A stretch of 64,000 nt of DNA, taken from positions 3,534,001-3,598,000 of the forward strand of contig NC_042997.1 in NCBI RefSeq assembly GCF_006345805.1, read 5' to 3'. Every line of letters begins with the position of its first letter. Positions within the stretch are counted from its first letter, which is position 1. Below the pieces are notes generated by a model. The model saw only the letters and a list, made by a program, of their open reading frames with translations, made no database searches and was not told the DNA's origin. The position numbers were made by a program, and so were the translations under genes. This document shows positions 27,541 to 40,399 of the stretch, piece by piece. This DNA is from Octopus sinensis. Lineage: Eukaryota.

Positions 27541-30119
27541 TGCAAATGTAGTACATGTTGATTCCGGAGTTAGTTGTAGATATGGATCTGTTGCGAATAT
27601 TTGCAATATTTAACTAAAGATAACCATCAAGCAATCGATCATGTTAAACAACATAATTTTTTGGTTGCCATGTTTAAATTTAAGTATGAAGTCTTATATC
27701 TTCAACTGAAAGTAAGTTAGGCCTGGTGAATATTTCTTCAAATCGAAATTAATGAAATTATATGACAATCTCCTATCTTTGCAATATCTGCAACATAGCA
27801 ACTTAATCGAAATATCATTTTCCACCGTTGATTTATTGATATTTTAATGCATTACTTTCTTTTTCGCTGACATTCTCTCGTGTAATCTCTCTCTGTATCT
27901 CTCTCTCTCTCTATCTCTCTCTCTTTCTCTCTCTCTATCTATCTATCTATCTATCTGTCGCTCTCTGTTCTCTTTCCATGTACGTATCAATCTACGTGTC
28001 CGACTCTTTACCGCTCCTATTTTCTGCAACTATATATCAATATATGATTTCCATACCATCTATCAATTCACATACTCAGTTTCTTTCTCTCTCTCACTCT
28101 CTCACTCACTCTCTTGATATATATATATATATACACATACGTGCATATCGTGTGTATGGATATATGCATATATATCTTTACATACGACATGTACGCAGGT
28201 ACGCGAACATATATATATTTGTAAATAGTCATGTGCATATATACATATAAAGACCTGTGTAAATGACCGCTTTTCTGATAGCTTTTTTTACTTATGGTTC
28301 AAGTTTCAGATCCATATTTAAATATGCTCCCTATGCAGTCGCTGAAGAAGTTCAGTCTTATTTGAGTTGAAAATACTTAACGCTGAGATGTTTCGATGCC
28401 GTTTACAAGTTCTCATGTTTAGGCCCTTTCATGTAAATAACACTTTCTCACTATCAGCATTATAGAACCCAGGCTTCTTCAACTCACTGACCACCTCGAT
28501 TCGTGTACTATGATTGGATGAAATTTGAACATAGCTTTGAACTTCATTGATTATCATGCATTTAGTCTTCATTCCATACAGAAACTGAATGAATTAGGCT
28601 CATATATTTTTATCAAATGATTTTCACAAATACTGTGCATTTCACAGTAATGATCTGTGAGGACATAAACATCAGTGTACCCAAGGCCTCATATATATAG
28701 GGCACGCTTCTCAGCCGAGTCTATCGTGTATGTTCTTCCGCCACTTACTTTTAAACGGGAACGAAAAACAGTTTCCGTAACACTGATAGCCATGGCGAAA
28801 GAATGCGTGTGGTGGACGCGTTTGAAAGGCCTACAAACAATCACTTTCCTCTCTGGTCAATCTCTCCTCAACTTTTTCAAGTGCCACTTGAAATGGAGGA
28901 TGAGAATAGAGAGGAAAGTATTGTCGAATGAAAGCTTCAATAAAAAATGTGTAACTGTGACAAGAATTGTCAGTATGAATGACAACACCATTTTAATCAT
29001 AAATCTGTAACGAAAATAGAAAACGAGGGGAAAGTTTCTTATTCTTATGGACATTTTGAACTGCCTGAGGTGACCTTGGTCTTTTTTGTAGGTTTTTCTT
29101 TCCAAGGCTACACCTAAACTGTAAACAATATCGTTTCCCCCCACCTTTTTTTTTGGGGAACTTTATATATATATACGTCTTTCCATTTTTGTACTTAACA
29201 CAGCCCAACGATCCCTATTGATCGGACTTTTTCTTTATGTGTCCTACCAATCCCACCTCGAAAAGAAAAGCTCTACATTGTATTTCGTCTATTTTCTGTG
29301 TTTAGCCCTGTGTGGCCATAATAAAAATATATATACGCGTTAATGTGATTCGACTGCTTCTGATTTATAGGGATGCCTTTACTTGGGTAGCGTCAGGACT
29401 TTCTTTTAGGATGTAGTCTACTACCATCAGGAAATATGATGAATTTAAGTAGCATTCATCATTCAAGTATTCCTGCTGTTCTTGGTTACTACTCTGCATT
29501 TTAAATCACGACAGAAACTCATACGCGAAGACGATGAATTTTAAAAATTGTTGCAGAATACAATAATTCAATAGGATAAGTAGAATAGCCTTACAGATGA
29601 CACTATTAAATGTACTGGAGGAGTTCACAAAGAGAAATGTTATCATTTGCGTGGCGATTATGAATTCTTGTATTCATACTTGTAAGGGAGACTATCACTG
29701 GTGGCGCTTATCTGACCAAGCAGAAGCACTTTCACTTCTTTGTTTGGACGTTAAAAAAGTGAAAGAAAATACCGTTAAGACGTACACAGTTATATATTTC
29801 TGCGGCTAGAGATGAAAGCAGATCTCTTCTGGAAGTATCGGACTCTTATTTCTGGCCTCTGTATAACATTAGGAAGAATAATTCCAAGCATTAGGAAATG
29901 AATTGAGTAGGAACCGGTCTTCTTTCTAAAGGCAAATGTTAATTTTTAACGTGTGCTTGCCTATGTACTCTACATCACCGAGGAAGTATTTTGCATTATC
30001 GCCTAACATATTATGTAGACACAAAATGTAGTAAATATTTTGGTGGAAGTCGAATTATCTTTTGAAAAATTTATTCTAACAATCTTTTTTTGTTCAAACA
30101 AATTTGTAAATACCTTGTG

Positions 30120-30162
<43 letters not shown>

Positions 30163-30164
<2 letters not shown>

Positions 30165-30661
30165 CATTATTGGTGAATTGAAGAAATGGAGCTGAACGCA
30201 GATTGAACAGAAATCGTTTTATTTCATTCTACACGTGTTTCGAAAGGCACAAATTACCAAAATCCGATTGAATAATGAGTTTCCCCATGGGCTCTTAGGA
30301 GCATAGTTCGATTTGGTTTTTGCTCCGCCTCTGTTCTGTTTTTGTTTCTCTAACGGATTTCCTTTTTTCTTCCTGAAGAGAAAGACACAATATGGTCCCA
30401 TTATTCAATCGGATTTTGGTAATTTGTGCCTTTCGAAACACGTGTAGAATGAAATAAAACGATTTCTGTTCAATCTGCGTTCAGCTCCATTTCTTCAATT
30501 CACCAATAATGTTTTAATTTCAATTATCCGCACCAACGCACGGTTGCAACGCCAGATGGTTGTACCTCCAACCGTGCTGTTTACTGCTGTGATTTTTGCT
30601 ACTAAGGTATCGGTTAACTTTTGATTAATCTACAACAAGATTATTCATCTTTCTATTTCAC

Positions 30662-30665
<4 letters not shown>
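30163..30665 (+). mobile_element. (TA)n-flanked fold-back element with hammerhead ribozyme
   Basis: Perfect 115-bp inverted repeat (30163-30277 / 30399-30513), hammerhead at 30370-30449, (TA)n at both ends. Confidence 0.8.
30370..30449 (+). ncRNA. Type I hammerhead ribozyme motif with palindromic stem III
   Basis: UUC-CUGAAGA-GAAAG(a)CACAA..33 nt..UUGUG(c)CUUUC-GAAA-CACGUG-UA-GAA; canonical G10.1-C11.1 pair; ACACGUGU palindrome. Confidence 0.85.
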
Positions 30666-30726
<61 letters not shown>

Positions 30727-30741
30727 CCTATTTCTTTTCAG

Positions 30742-30925
30742 GAATGCAAAGCAATTTGGATATTTTTTATACAATTTCTACTCCTTTTTCATCCATTTCT
30801 TGAAGGCAGATGTCTTACATATAGTTTAGTCAATGGTATCCATCTGGCGCTCAACGTGGCAGAAACGAATGTTAACGGATCTACCATGCTTCCAGAAAAA
30901 AATAGTAGTCAACAATTTCTTCGTG
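30742..30925 (+). CDS. Candidate exon (signal-peptide-like), unconfirmed
   Basis: Acceptor TTTCTTTTCAG; open frame ECKAIWIFFIQFLLLFHPFLEGRCLTY..NGS..NSSQQFLR; donor GTTTGC is weak. Confidence 0.2.
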
Positions 30926-31449
30926 GTTTGCTAACATAACTAAATTAGAAACCCATAGTGATTGCCAGAAGTATGTTCACTTAGTGTTTAGTATAGCTGT
31001 TTCAGTCCTTCTTCACTTTGCGTAGTATTTCTTCACATACTTCCTGATATGCGTACCCATTCATACATACACAAGTCCACACATTCCTCTATATTTATGC
31101 TTAAGTATACATATATGAAAACACACACACACACACACATTTATATTATATATATATATATATATATACATATATTTATAACCTCACGATTATCATTGTG
31201 GTGATAGCAACATACCGGTCGTTTTAATATATATCAAACCAATGTTAAAACTGCACAATTTTAGGAGAATGATAAAAATTATAAACTTTCTATTAAATTA
31301 CCTAAAACGTAATCGGAATAAATGAGATATTTTCGATTAACGATGCGCTCTAATATCAAATAATTTTTTTTCTAAAATGTATATAAAATGAATACAAAAT
31401 AAATCAAATATGTGAAAATGTGTGTACAGTTGTCAAGTTAAAACTAGTC

Positions 31450-31770
31450 ACAGACTCAGACGTAGCCGTGTGTCGAGAAGCTTTCTTCCCACCTACATGT
31501 TTACCGGTTCAATCCTACTGTGTAGCATTTTGGGCCATCCATAGCGTTGTAAGTGGATTAGGTAGACGACTACTGAAAGATGTCCACATTGTGTGTGTGT
31601 GTGTTTGTGTGCCTACGTTTGTCAAAAGAGGCCAATACAATAAGTACCAGGTTTTAAAAATTTAAGCACTTGGGTCGAGCCATTCGACTAAAAAATATTC
31701 GTGAAGGTGATGTAACAGCTTGGCCGCAGCCTCATGACTGAAACAAGTAAAATGTAAAAGAAAAAAATTA
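31450..31770 (+). mobile_element. SINE family B (diverged)
   Basis: GGTTCAATCC head and AATAAGTACCAGG..GGGTCGA..GACTAAA core shared with 26690-27125. Confidence 0.8.
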
Positions 31771-32749
31771 GATGAATTTTAGGTGTGTTATGGGCGAAAT
31801 TAGAAGTGAAAATATATACAAAATAATAAGACAAATCTGAGTTTAAAAAATAAAGCATATGCACAGGCATGATATACATAAACGTGCGATTATTTATGTT
31901 TGGAAGGAGCATGTTCAGTGAAAAATTTTTGTCCCAGTTACGAAATACCTAATTGTGAAGGGCATATATTTCCTTAAACGTTCCCGTTTGGTCCATTCGG
32001 AGGGTGAAATTTGAGATATTCCTCTATTCTGCAAATATCACGTCCTTAATTTCAAGTTTTTGATTTTTGAATTCCCTTATCATTTTGGTAGTTTTCCATT
32101 TATCTAATAATAGGAATATTTTTCTGTCAATTGCCAAATGAAGTAATTTCATCGTGCTATATGCTTTTGCTCGACTTGTCTAAACTAGTACTATCGGTGT
32201 GAAATACTTTCTTCAAAGTAGATGTCTATGTTCAATTTACACAATTTAGCTAGTTACATTAATTAGAGTTGACCTCTGATTTTTGGTTATCACTTCTGCG
32301 ATACAAAATATTTTTCGAATTCATATATATGAGGATACAGTCTCAGTTTTAGAATTGCATATGTTATATTAAGTTCTTCGCGAGTATTTTGCAATTCTAA
32401 CTGAATTTACGATTGTCGATAAAGTTACACTGTATATTTCTTCTTGGTTACAATCGTTTGCATATTTTGTTTAGAATTATTTTTCTGATATTAAATCTAG
32501 AATTACGATATAATATTAAATCTAATATACGAAAACGTTTCTAGCATTAATAGATAAATGCACCCAAAGCAGCCATAAAGAGAGAAAGTTATTAAATAAA
32601 CGCAGTTTTAAACGAAATTGTACCATAAACATGAAGAATATCTAATATACACCGCTAATAAAACCGAGGCTATAAGCCCATACAAAAGTAGGAATTCATA
32701 CCGACTAAGAGTATTGAAAACCACATACTATGATTGACGAAGCCTACGT

Positions 32750-32750
32750 C

Positions 32751-32836
<86 letters not shown>
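32750..32836. repeat. (TA)n microsatellite
   Basis: Direct inspection. Confidence 0.98.
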
Positions 32837-32838
<2 letters not shown>

Positions 32839-35729
32839 CGAGAGAGAGGAACAGAGAGAGTGTAACAGACGGACAAACAGACTAACAGAGAATGAGAGGT
32901 AATCAACGCTAGCATTGAGTATATGAGATAGATATGTTTAAATGATGTGAATTTGGCGCAGTACTTAAAGCAAACTCCTTTTTAAATCATCATCAAGAGA
33001 AATGCACTGAACTACGATAACTACAATTTTCAGAATAAGCTACCAATTTTGCAGAAAAATCTACCAGATGAATAGTTTTCTTTTTCTTACAACACAAATG
33101 CCTATGTGTGTTGTACAGGAAAATGAGCATTCATCTCATCAGATTCTCACCGGGGTCCTATTTAAATTGTAGGACATAAATTTTCGGTAAGTGCAGTCCG
33201 TATATCAGTCATGTAATTATTAAGTAGACCATATGAAATTGCATGACTAAATACTCCACAATGCCACACAATCACATTCATGTGTTCATTTATGTAGGAC
33301 AGCGAGTGCTATGTCCACTATCATTTGGTGTCCTACTTATTGTCTGTCAATAATGACATTAGCAAGGTAGCAGAATTTCAAAATTGTACTCCTGAAAGCA
33401 TAGAGGCATAAAACGCTACATCTGGTGTAGTACAGCACCAATATGAGGATGAGTTTCTTTCTTCTTGCAATACAAATTGGACATCCGTTTTCATTTTCGG
33501 TAACTTGACTGACATACACAACCTAAACGTAAACAAAATTATCGTTCGTAATTTGGAGCTTCAGTTTAGGTAGACAGGTGATAGTATTTTCAGTAATGTC
33601 ATCAACATAATATTGCTCATATATCATAAATTAGAACTAACGAGATTTATTTCAATTCGCCGCATATGGACATAACTCTCCATCGAAAATATATTCAGTA
33701 ATAACTGCAATTTTAAATCTAAGTTTATTTTCGTTAATACAGCATGGTGTAGATGGCTCTTGTAATATGTTCGTGATAAATGGACGGTGTAGTAACCAAC
33801 TATACGTCAGATTCAGTAGTTTTGTCATTATAACAAATTTTGGACATCGTATCCGATAATTACGTTACACACAATGAATGACTAGCAAACATATTAACCA
33901 TGAAATCCCAAAACTGCATTGAGAACGTCACCTTCGATGCTGGAATAATGAGAAAACGATGTGATGCACGAGAATATCAATATAAACTACGTATTTAGAG
34001 CATGTGAACTCTCATTGAGGCCGTTGACGTTCCTATAAAAATATCTTGTAAATTTATCAAAAATCCAATGTTTCAATATCATAGTGGAAATCAGTGAAAG
34101 TATCAAAGGAATCCATGAGAATTGGAAGCAAATATTATGGAACAGCAGCAGCTGACAATATGCTCGGCACCGTTTCTTAAAGCTGCAACAGTTGAGTGAA
34201 CATATCTACTGATAACCTGAAGAGGCGAAGGGTTTCTGAATATTATCTGTCAAATATAGTAGCGGAAAATCACATGAATCGTAAGTATAGAAATTTCTGT
34301 TTGTTTACCGCCAAGTCCATATGATAATGATATGTGACTATTTCCTTTCAGCATGAAATTAAGGCCGATGCGGTTGTGAGTACATGTCTATCGGTAGCCC
34401 CAAAATAAGGCTCTCGAAAGTTACTGACACATGATATTAAAGAACGGACTTAGAGGAGAATATACAAAACATTCAAAGCCTGATAACTTGATTATACTCT
34501 ACCAATCAAAACGTAACCTAACTAGATAGCGATTTCCCCCACGTACTCTCTTTAAAAAGAAGACACTATTTTAATTCCAATTAGAGGCAATTGAGTTACA
34601 GCATAGCTGCAACATATATATCTTCCTCCAGCAACAGTCTCAAAGCCGAATTTGACCAGAGCCTCCGGCAGCTACTCATAACCGTCTGAATTCAACCTAA
34701 CGTTTGTTTCAAGGTGCGTTGCAGCTGTTCATGTCACGTTTTACAGTCTTCCAAATCCCATTTCAAAACTCAGACGAACCTGTGAAAATTAGTCTTTAAA
34801 AATAAAAATGATATAAAATATAAAGAAATGCCAGTGCATTTTCAGATATATATATGTAGTTGATAAATGAAACGTGAAATGGATTTAGTACAGAACTTCA
34901 TTCAGCACAATGATCATTTCGACACATCCTGCATTTATCCCATTGGATATTGTGCAGCTGGTTGCATTGCATCAATAAGAGCATGCTGTGCATGGTGTAC
35001 AAAAATATCTCACTAGATGTACTGAGATCTCATTGGCATGCTGCTCTGGCTAGTTGTAAATTCGAAGAAAATGAGTTACCGCAGGTGAAAACTGATAAAT
35101 ATCCTTCAGTTATATATTCGTTACTTCAAACTTTAATGTCATATCGCATCATGATATGAAAGCATAAAGGAAGGCCCAGCCGATATCCACGGATGTCATG
35201 GATTATATTGTGATTATCCCTGAAAAACAGTCTATGGTCGTAAGACACGTATGTTATGTCGAAACACACGTAACAATGCATTAAATATTTATAAATTCCA
35301 CCCAAGTATTATTAATATTATTCATATAAACGCAAAAGATGTGTCTGTCGGAAAAGAAAAGTATCCTAACATCGGGTTAAACAAGTAGGCCTGAATTCCA
35401 AGACCACTCCTATTGAGTTACAGCAAGTATTCTTAGATGCCAAGAAAAGAACCCTCCTAGTTATCCTGGCTGTCTCTAATAAAACTGTTTTCTGAATATG
35501 TACTAAAGTGGGTTTTATGCTCATTTCTTCGATCCATGTGTTAAGATGTTTAGCAAAAGTTCCCAATGCACATATATCTACTCAGAAAAATATTACCAGC
35601 ACTTTCTGTAGTCTCTGTAATTAAATAACTAGGTCCTGGTACTTTGCTATTTTTTCTATACCTCCAATATAATTATTTCATCTTTTATGACTGTAAAGTC
35701 AATTAACTTTCACTTTCTATTCACTTTAT

Positions 35730-35730
<1 letters not shown>

Positions 35731-35819
<89 letters not shown>

Positions 35820-35841
35820 ATACTACTACTACTACTACTAC
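35731..35841. repeat. (TAC/GTA)n microsatellite inside the RLE catalytic motif
   Basis: 37 triplets in frame between D-L and D-K codons on the minus strand. Confidence 0.97.
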
Positions 35842-38800
35842 CAAATCATACATTGTAGCTTGGTGAGTCTGAATGTTAAAGTCTCACAACATCGTATTTC
35901 TTACTTTCTTGTAATTTACTAGGTCCATGTTCAAACCATTTACCAATATGTTGAAATCGTAGGTGTCTGCATAACACCAAGTAGATTGTTTACTTAGATT
36001 ATCATGTCTCGTATTCTTTCTGTTCCGGCATGATACATACTATTATTATATGAATAACGCTTTCTTCTTTTGATTTGCATAATCAACATTCGGAATCTTC
36101 CTGGCGTTTTTTCTATCTTGGCTTTTATCCAATTAGTCCTTAACGAATGTCCTTGTGCAGCTACGAACAAACATTCTATCTCCTTCAGCTTTCTTTTCTG
36201 CAGCCATAACCATGTCTCAATACTACAATTTACAGCAAATAGCTTTGGGAATATACCATACAACGCTTTACACTGCCAGTCAGATAATTTCTATTCCTTT
36301 TTTTCTGGTTTCAATTTGACCGAATATTTGCCATGCAAAGGCTTTTCTTGCCATCGTTTTATCATGATCCGTTGCTGTTCTAGTTGTCGTTTCGCTGTCG
36401 GTAGTTTTACAGCATTTATCGTTTCTCCTTTTTCTGAATAGGTGTTAGATAATATGACTTCTTTTTTTTGTAGTTTTTAGCTTCTTTAACGTCAGAACAC
36501 AGTTCCTTTTTGTTTTGTTCGTCTTTGCGTTAATTGTAGCAGTTTTAATTGTTTCTGAAGTAAGTAATTCTGTAAACCTATTGTGGATATTTTGTAACAT
36601 TCTACCTGTATAAGCCCTCTTTCACTTTCGATGCGTTGTATATATAACCTTTCTATATCAAAGTTTGGGTGATCCATCCCAAATCCTGTCATTATTTTTT
36701 TTCTTTTCTTGTCTGTTTTGATTAGTTCATATAGAGTCATTCAACGTGTTCCCCTGCCAGTCAGATATGCTCTGTTCTTTCTTCTGGTTTTCAACTTCAT
36801 TTTGGGTTTTCGTTTCCCTATGTCTTGCTGTGCCCCAAGCAGCTTTTAATAAACTTTGTTCACTATTACCTACATAGGAGTATATATCCAATCTAGGTAG
36901 CTCCACGCTGTCTTCTGCTGTAATGAACTCTCTTCCGCTTTCCTTTCTAAGCAGGTATAATCCTACTACCTCTGTTGTCCTTTCATATTGAATTCACTCC
37001 TTCGTCTTTTGTCTAGTTTTGCTAATTCAGTTTTTGTCCAATCTACCAAAGCTGCTGAGTATCTAAGTAAAGATACTGCCAAGGTATTTATAGCTTTCAT
37101 TAGATTCAGACCATTTATATTTGATTTCATTAGCTTCCTCACCCTTGTGAAGTACTTCATTTCAATTTTCGTTTTAATTTCAGTAGTTAGTGCTCTGTGA
37201 GATTCTAATACTCCTACATACTTATAATTCTCTCCTCCTTTCAATGAATTTAATGTCTGTTCATCTGATAATTGGATACCTTCGCTCTTGACTACCTGAC
37301 ACCTTCGTATGACTAATATTGCACACTTATCTATGCGAAATTCCATGCCTATATCTTTGCTGAAGATTCTTATAGTCTGTATTAAGGAACACATATTAGA
37401 TTCTCATTCGTATTAAAAAGCTTCAGAACATCAATGTAGAGGAAATGTTTAATTTTTCCCTTTCTATTTCACAAATGTTACCCTGCATTTGCCTTCATTA
37501 ATACTAAACTAACGGGGTATCAAAACTTAAAACAATTATTAAAAGAGACAGCCAATCGCGCCAGAAAATTCCAATTTTGATATTATCTTTTCCTAACAGT
37601 GTGTCATCTGAGTAGAGACCGACTTTCCATTTCTTCTTGCTAAAGCTAATTAATTGTCTTATGTTGTCTGCTGTATTGAATATATTCAAACATTCACTTA
37701 TCCATGAGAGTGGTATCATGACAGAAGTTTCCTATAAAGTTTCCATGCTATTGTTAGATCTTTCTTTCAATATTTTACTTCACTTAGAACTTCTTTGTCT
37801 ATGTATAATGCATCAGCTGCTCCTTTAGCCTTCTTTGTGCAATTTGTTTGATTTTCTGTTAATAAATTCTGGTTGTCAAGGAGCTCGCAAACGCTTTGTA
37901 ATGGCATTCCTTTTAACAGCTTTCATACAAATGGTAAGTAATTGGTCTGTAGTTGCTAGATACATTACCCTTGCTCTCATCTTTCATAATGAGTACTGTC
38001 CTCCCTCTACTCCTCCATTAAGGCAATCGTGAATTTGTTCCCTCAGCCTCCCATGTAAACTACTGAATTTCTTTAGCCCGTACACTTGAACAAAATCTGT
38101 TCCGGGTCCTTCGAATTCGGCAGTTTTCCTAACGCTTTACTCATTAATGCACTACTTTTTCTTAGATCTGGCTGCTTCTCACTCATTACTTCTTCCCTCA
38201 CTTTCTTTAAGCATACTGCATCTCTAATATGATTGATTGGCTTATCCCAAATAATACTAAACATCTTTCTAGCGGGTTCTACATTAGGTTTTTCATCTTC
38301 GGTACATCGTTCTCCACTACTTATTTGGTTATAAAATCTTTGAGAAAGTATATTTTCTCGAGGATAATTTGCAACAGATATTTACTGACTTGTTTTCTTA
38401 ACAGGTTTCTTTCAACACAGATATTGTCTTAAAGTCTTCACATGATTTTGTAGTTTCCTTTTCACATTTCCTCTTTTTTAATATTTCGCTGTGAAATAGC
38501 TAATCGTCTAGTGACTACTAACTCTCCTGCATTTATCAATAGAATATTGTCTCCTATACTTTTAGAATCTATCCTTCGAAAACAGAATTTACTTTCCTGG
38601 TGATTTGTCGCGGCTTCCTTTTATTGGTGCTTTTTTAATGCTGGCAATCTTTATCTTATTTTTGTACTCATTGCCTCCTGCAACCCATCTAAAATCTACT
38701 GAACTTCTTCAAGGAAACCATTTAAGTCGCTGGTGCTAGTTGTCCATTCCTTATTGGTAGTGCTATTATTATTATTTTTCTTTTTGATTATTTGGTTTTA

Positions 38801-39311
38801 TCTGTGTCGCATACGTTGTTTGTCTTTCCCACTGCTTGGTCATTGTTTCCAGTTCTCTTGTGAATTCTTCTACTCCGAAATCTATAATGCACCTTTTTTA
38901 CTAAAATTATTAGTTTATTCAAGAAATACTTGCTCAGTCACACTAAAGATACCATTCTCTACCCAAAATGTTAGCACCCATTTTCTATAGCCACTCTATT
39001 TATGTTTACTTGCAAAGTAGCATTGCAACACTAACCTGTTTTATTCCCTGGTCCACTTCCTCATCCTTACTTTTATTATCTGCTGAGGCTTTATTAAGAT
39101 AACAGCTGTGGTCAGTCTGCAGTTTTATTGAACCACAGCCGAGCGACAGACCCTTCTTTAAAGGTCCACCTACAGTTTCGGTGTTACAAGCAGATTTCCT
39201 TGAAGACAAATGTTTCTCATAAACTGATGTAATGTAAGATTCCTCATCATCGTCATTACCGCTATTACTTTTAGGCATCTGCATGTTTCAAGCAACTGTC
39301 TATTGCAATAT

Positions 39312-39530
39312 TTGCGATGAGCTGGTAGAAATTTCGAAAGTCGGGCGAAATGCATAGCGTTATTTCATCTGTCGTTACGGTCTGAGTTCAAATTCCACCG
39401 AAGGCATCTTTGCCTTTCATCCTTTTAGGGTAGATAAATTTAGTACCAGTTGCGTACCTTGGTCGATATTATCGACTGGCTCCCTACCAAAGATTTCGGG
39501 CCTTGTGAGTAGAGTAGAAAAGATTGTTTT
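39312..39530 (+). mobile_element. SINE family A inserted in the 5' region of the minus-strand RLE element
   Basis: GAGCTGGTAGAA head, GAGTTCAAATTCC B-box, TTTGCCTTTCATCC core. Confidence 0.88.
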
Positions 39531-39591
39531 TTACACCTTTGTGCTTGTGCGGTGGTGTGTGCTGCATTTTTTCGGAGTGGGGGATAATATT

Positions 39592-39622
<31 letters not shown>

Positions 39623-39623
<1 letters not shown>

Positions 39624-40179
39624 GAGTGAGAGAGCAGTTCATGCCATCAAAGTGACACTGGGGTAAAATATACGAAGCCCAATATACCCATCATGACTAC
39701 CCGTCTGATTAAGGTACACCAGGCACATGCATCACAACCATATGTGCGCGACCTGGTGACCTCATATCAAGATAAACAGCACATGACCTTGCAGGTGGGG
39801 CCCGGTTAGAATTTTTTCTTCAGGTTGAGTAGCCCATCCTGCTCAAAAGGTCCCTGATTAAGGGTTGTTTAGGGATGTTGAAAGAACCACCCATGTTTCC
39901 AGAGGTGAATTATTCAAACCCCAAAGAATCCCTCTCAACACATGGCTATGATGCTCCCCCACTACTTCTGCTCGTGATCAGAGATGCACATATCGTCAGC
40001 CACTAAGAGACATGCTCAACTGGTTAAGGTCAAACAACTGACAAGCAAATCTGTGGTATTGAGCAGAATATTTGCTGTAGCCCATCTCTCATACCAAGAC
40101 AAAACAATGTACATGATAACACTTCCAATCAGTTAAGATCAGAAGCCATGAGAGCCACTGCCTGGCACTGCATCAGGGC

Positions 40180-40181
<2 letters not shown>
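39623..40181 (-). mobile_element. Full-length ~560-bp (TAA)n-anchored non-coding element
   Basis: (TAA)n at both ends; 3' part matches 7-192 and 5' part matches 57410-57589; no TIRs, no clear Pol III boxes, no recognisable ORF. Confidence 0.88.
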
Positions 40182-40266
<85 letters not shown>

Positions 40267-40274
40267 CATCATCA

Positions 40275-40345
<71 letters not shown>

Positions 40346-40362
40346 TTTATTATTATTATTAT
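40182..40362. repeat. (TTA)n/(TCA)n microsatellite
   Basis: Direct inspection. Confidence 0.99.
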
Positions 40363-40399
40363 TGACGCTTACTTCCTTTTTAATGAGAACCAAGCTCAT

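Larger units (their letters stand above)
35370..39590 (-). mobile_element. Near-full-length decayed R4/Dong-like RLE retrotransposon
   Basis: Minus strand GYRK..FSVTEQ N-terminal motif, RT (FSKDIGMEFRIDKCA, YKYVGVLES), FNIQT..DLVV..DK RLE motif, terminal HIQKTVLLETARITRRVL; 5' end abuts (TTA)n. Confidence 0.92.

Noticed and set aside
28785-28812. CTGATA-GCCATGGC-GAAA
   Set aside because: Core lacks G8, the loop is too short and there is no stem III; likely chance
29065-29126. Possible fifth, decayed hammerhead (CTGA-GGTG..CCTTGG/CCAAGG..CACC-TAAA-CTG-TA) near a short (TA)n
   Set aside because: Two core defects (missing NGA, TAAA for GAAA) and no stem I; cannot be supported without a family consensus
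39940-40005. CUGACGA hammerhead-like core in the 560-bp element (minus strand)
   Set aside because: Followed by GAAG not GAAA, no closing stem II, and the C is not conserved in the 57410 copy
40110-40181. HDV-like ribozyme fold at the 5' end of the 560-bp element
   Set aside because: P2- and P3-like pairings can be drawn, but P1 needs a bulge, the P1.1 GG and P4 are missing, and pairings are weaker in the 57410 copy
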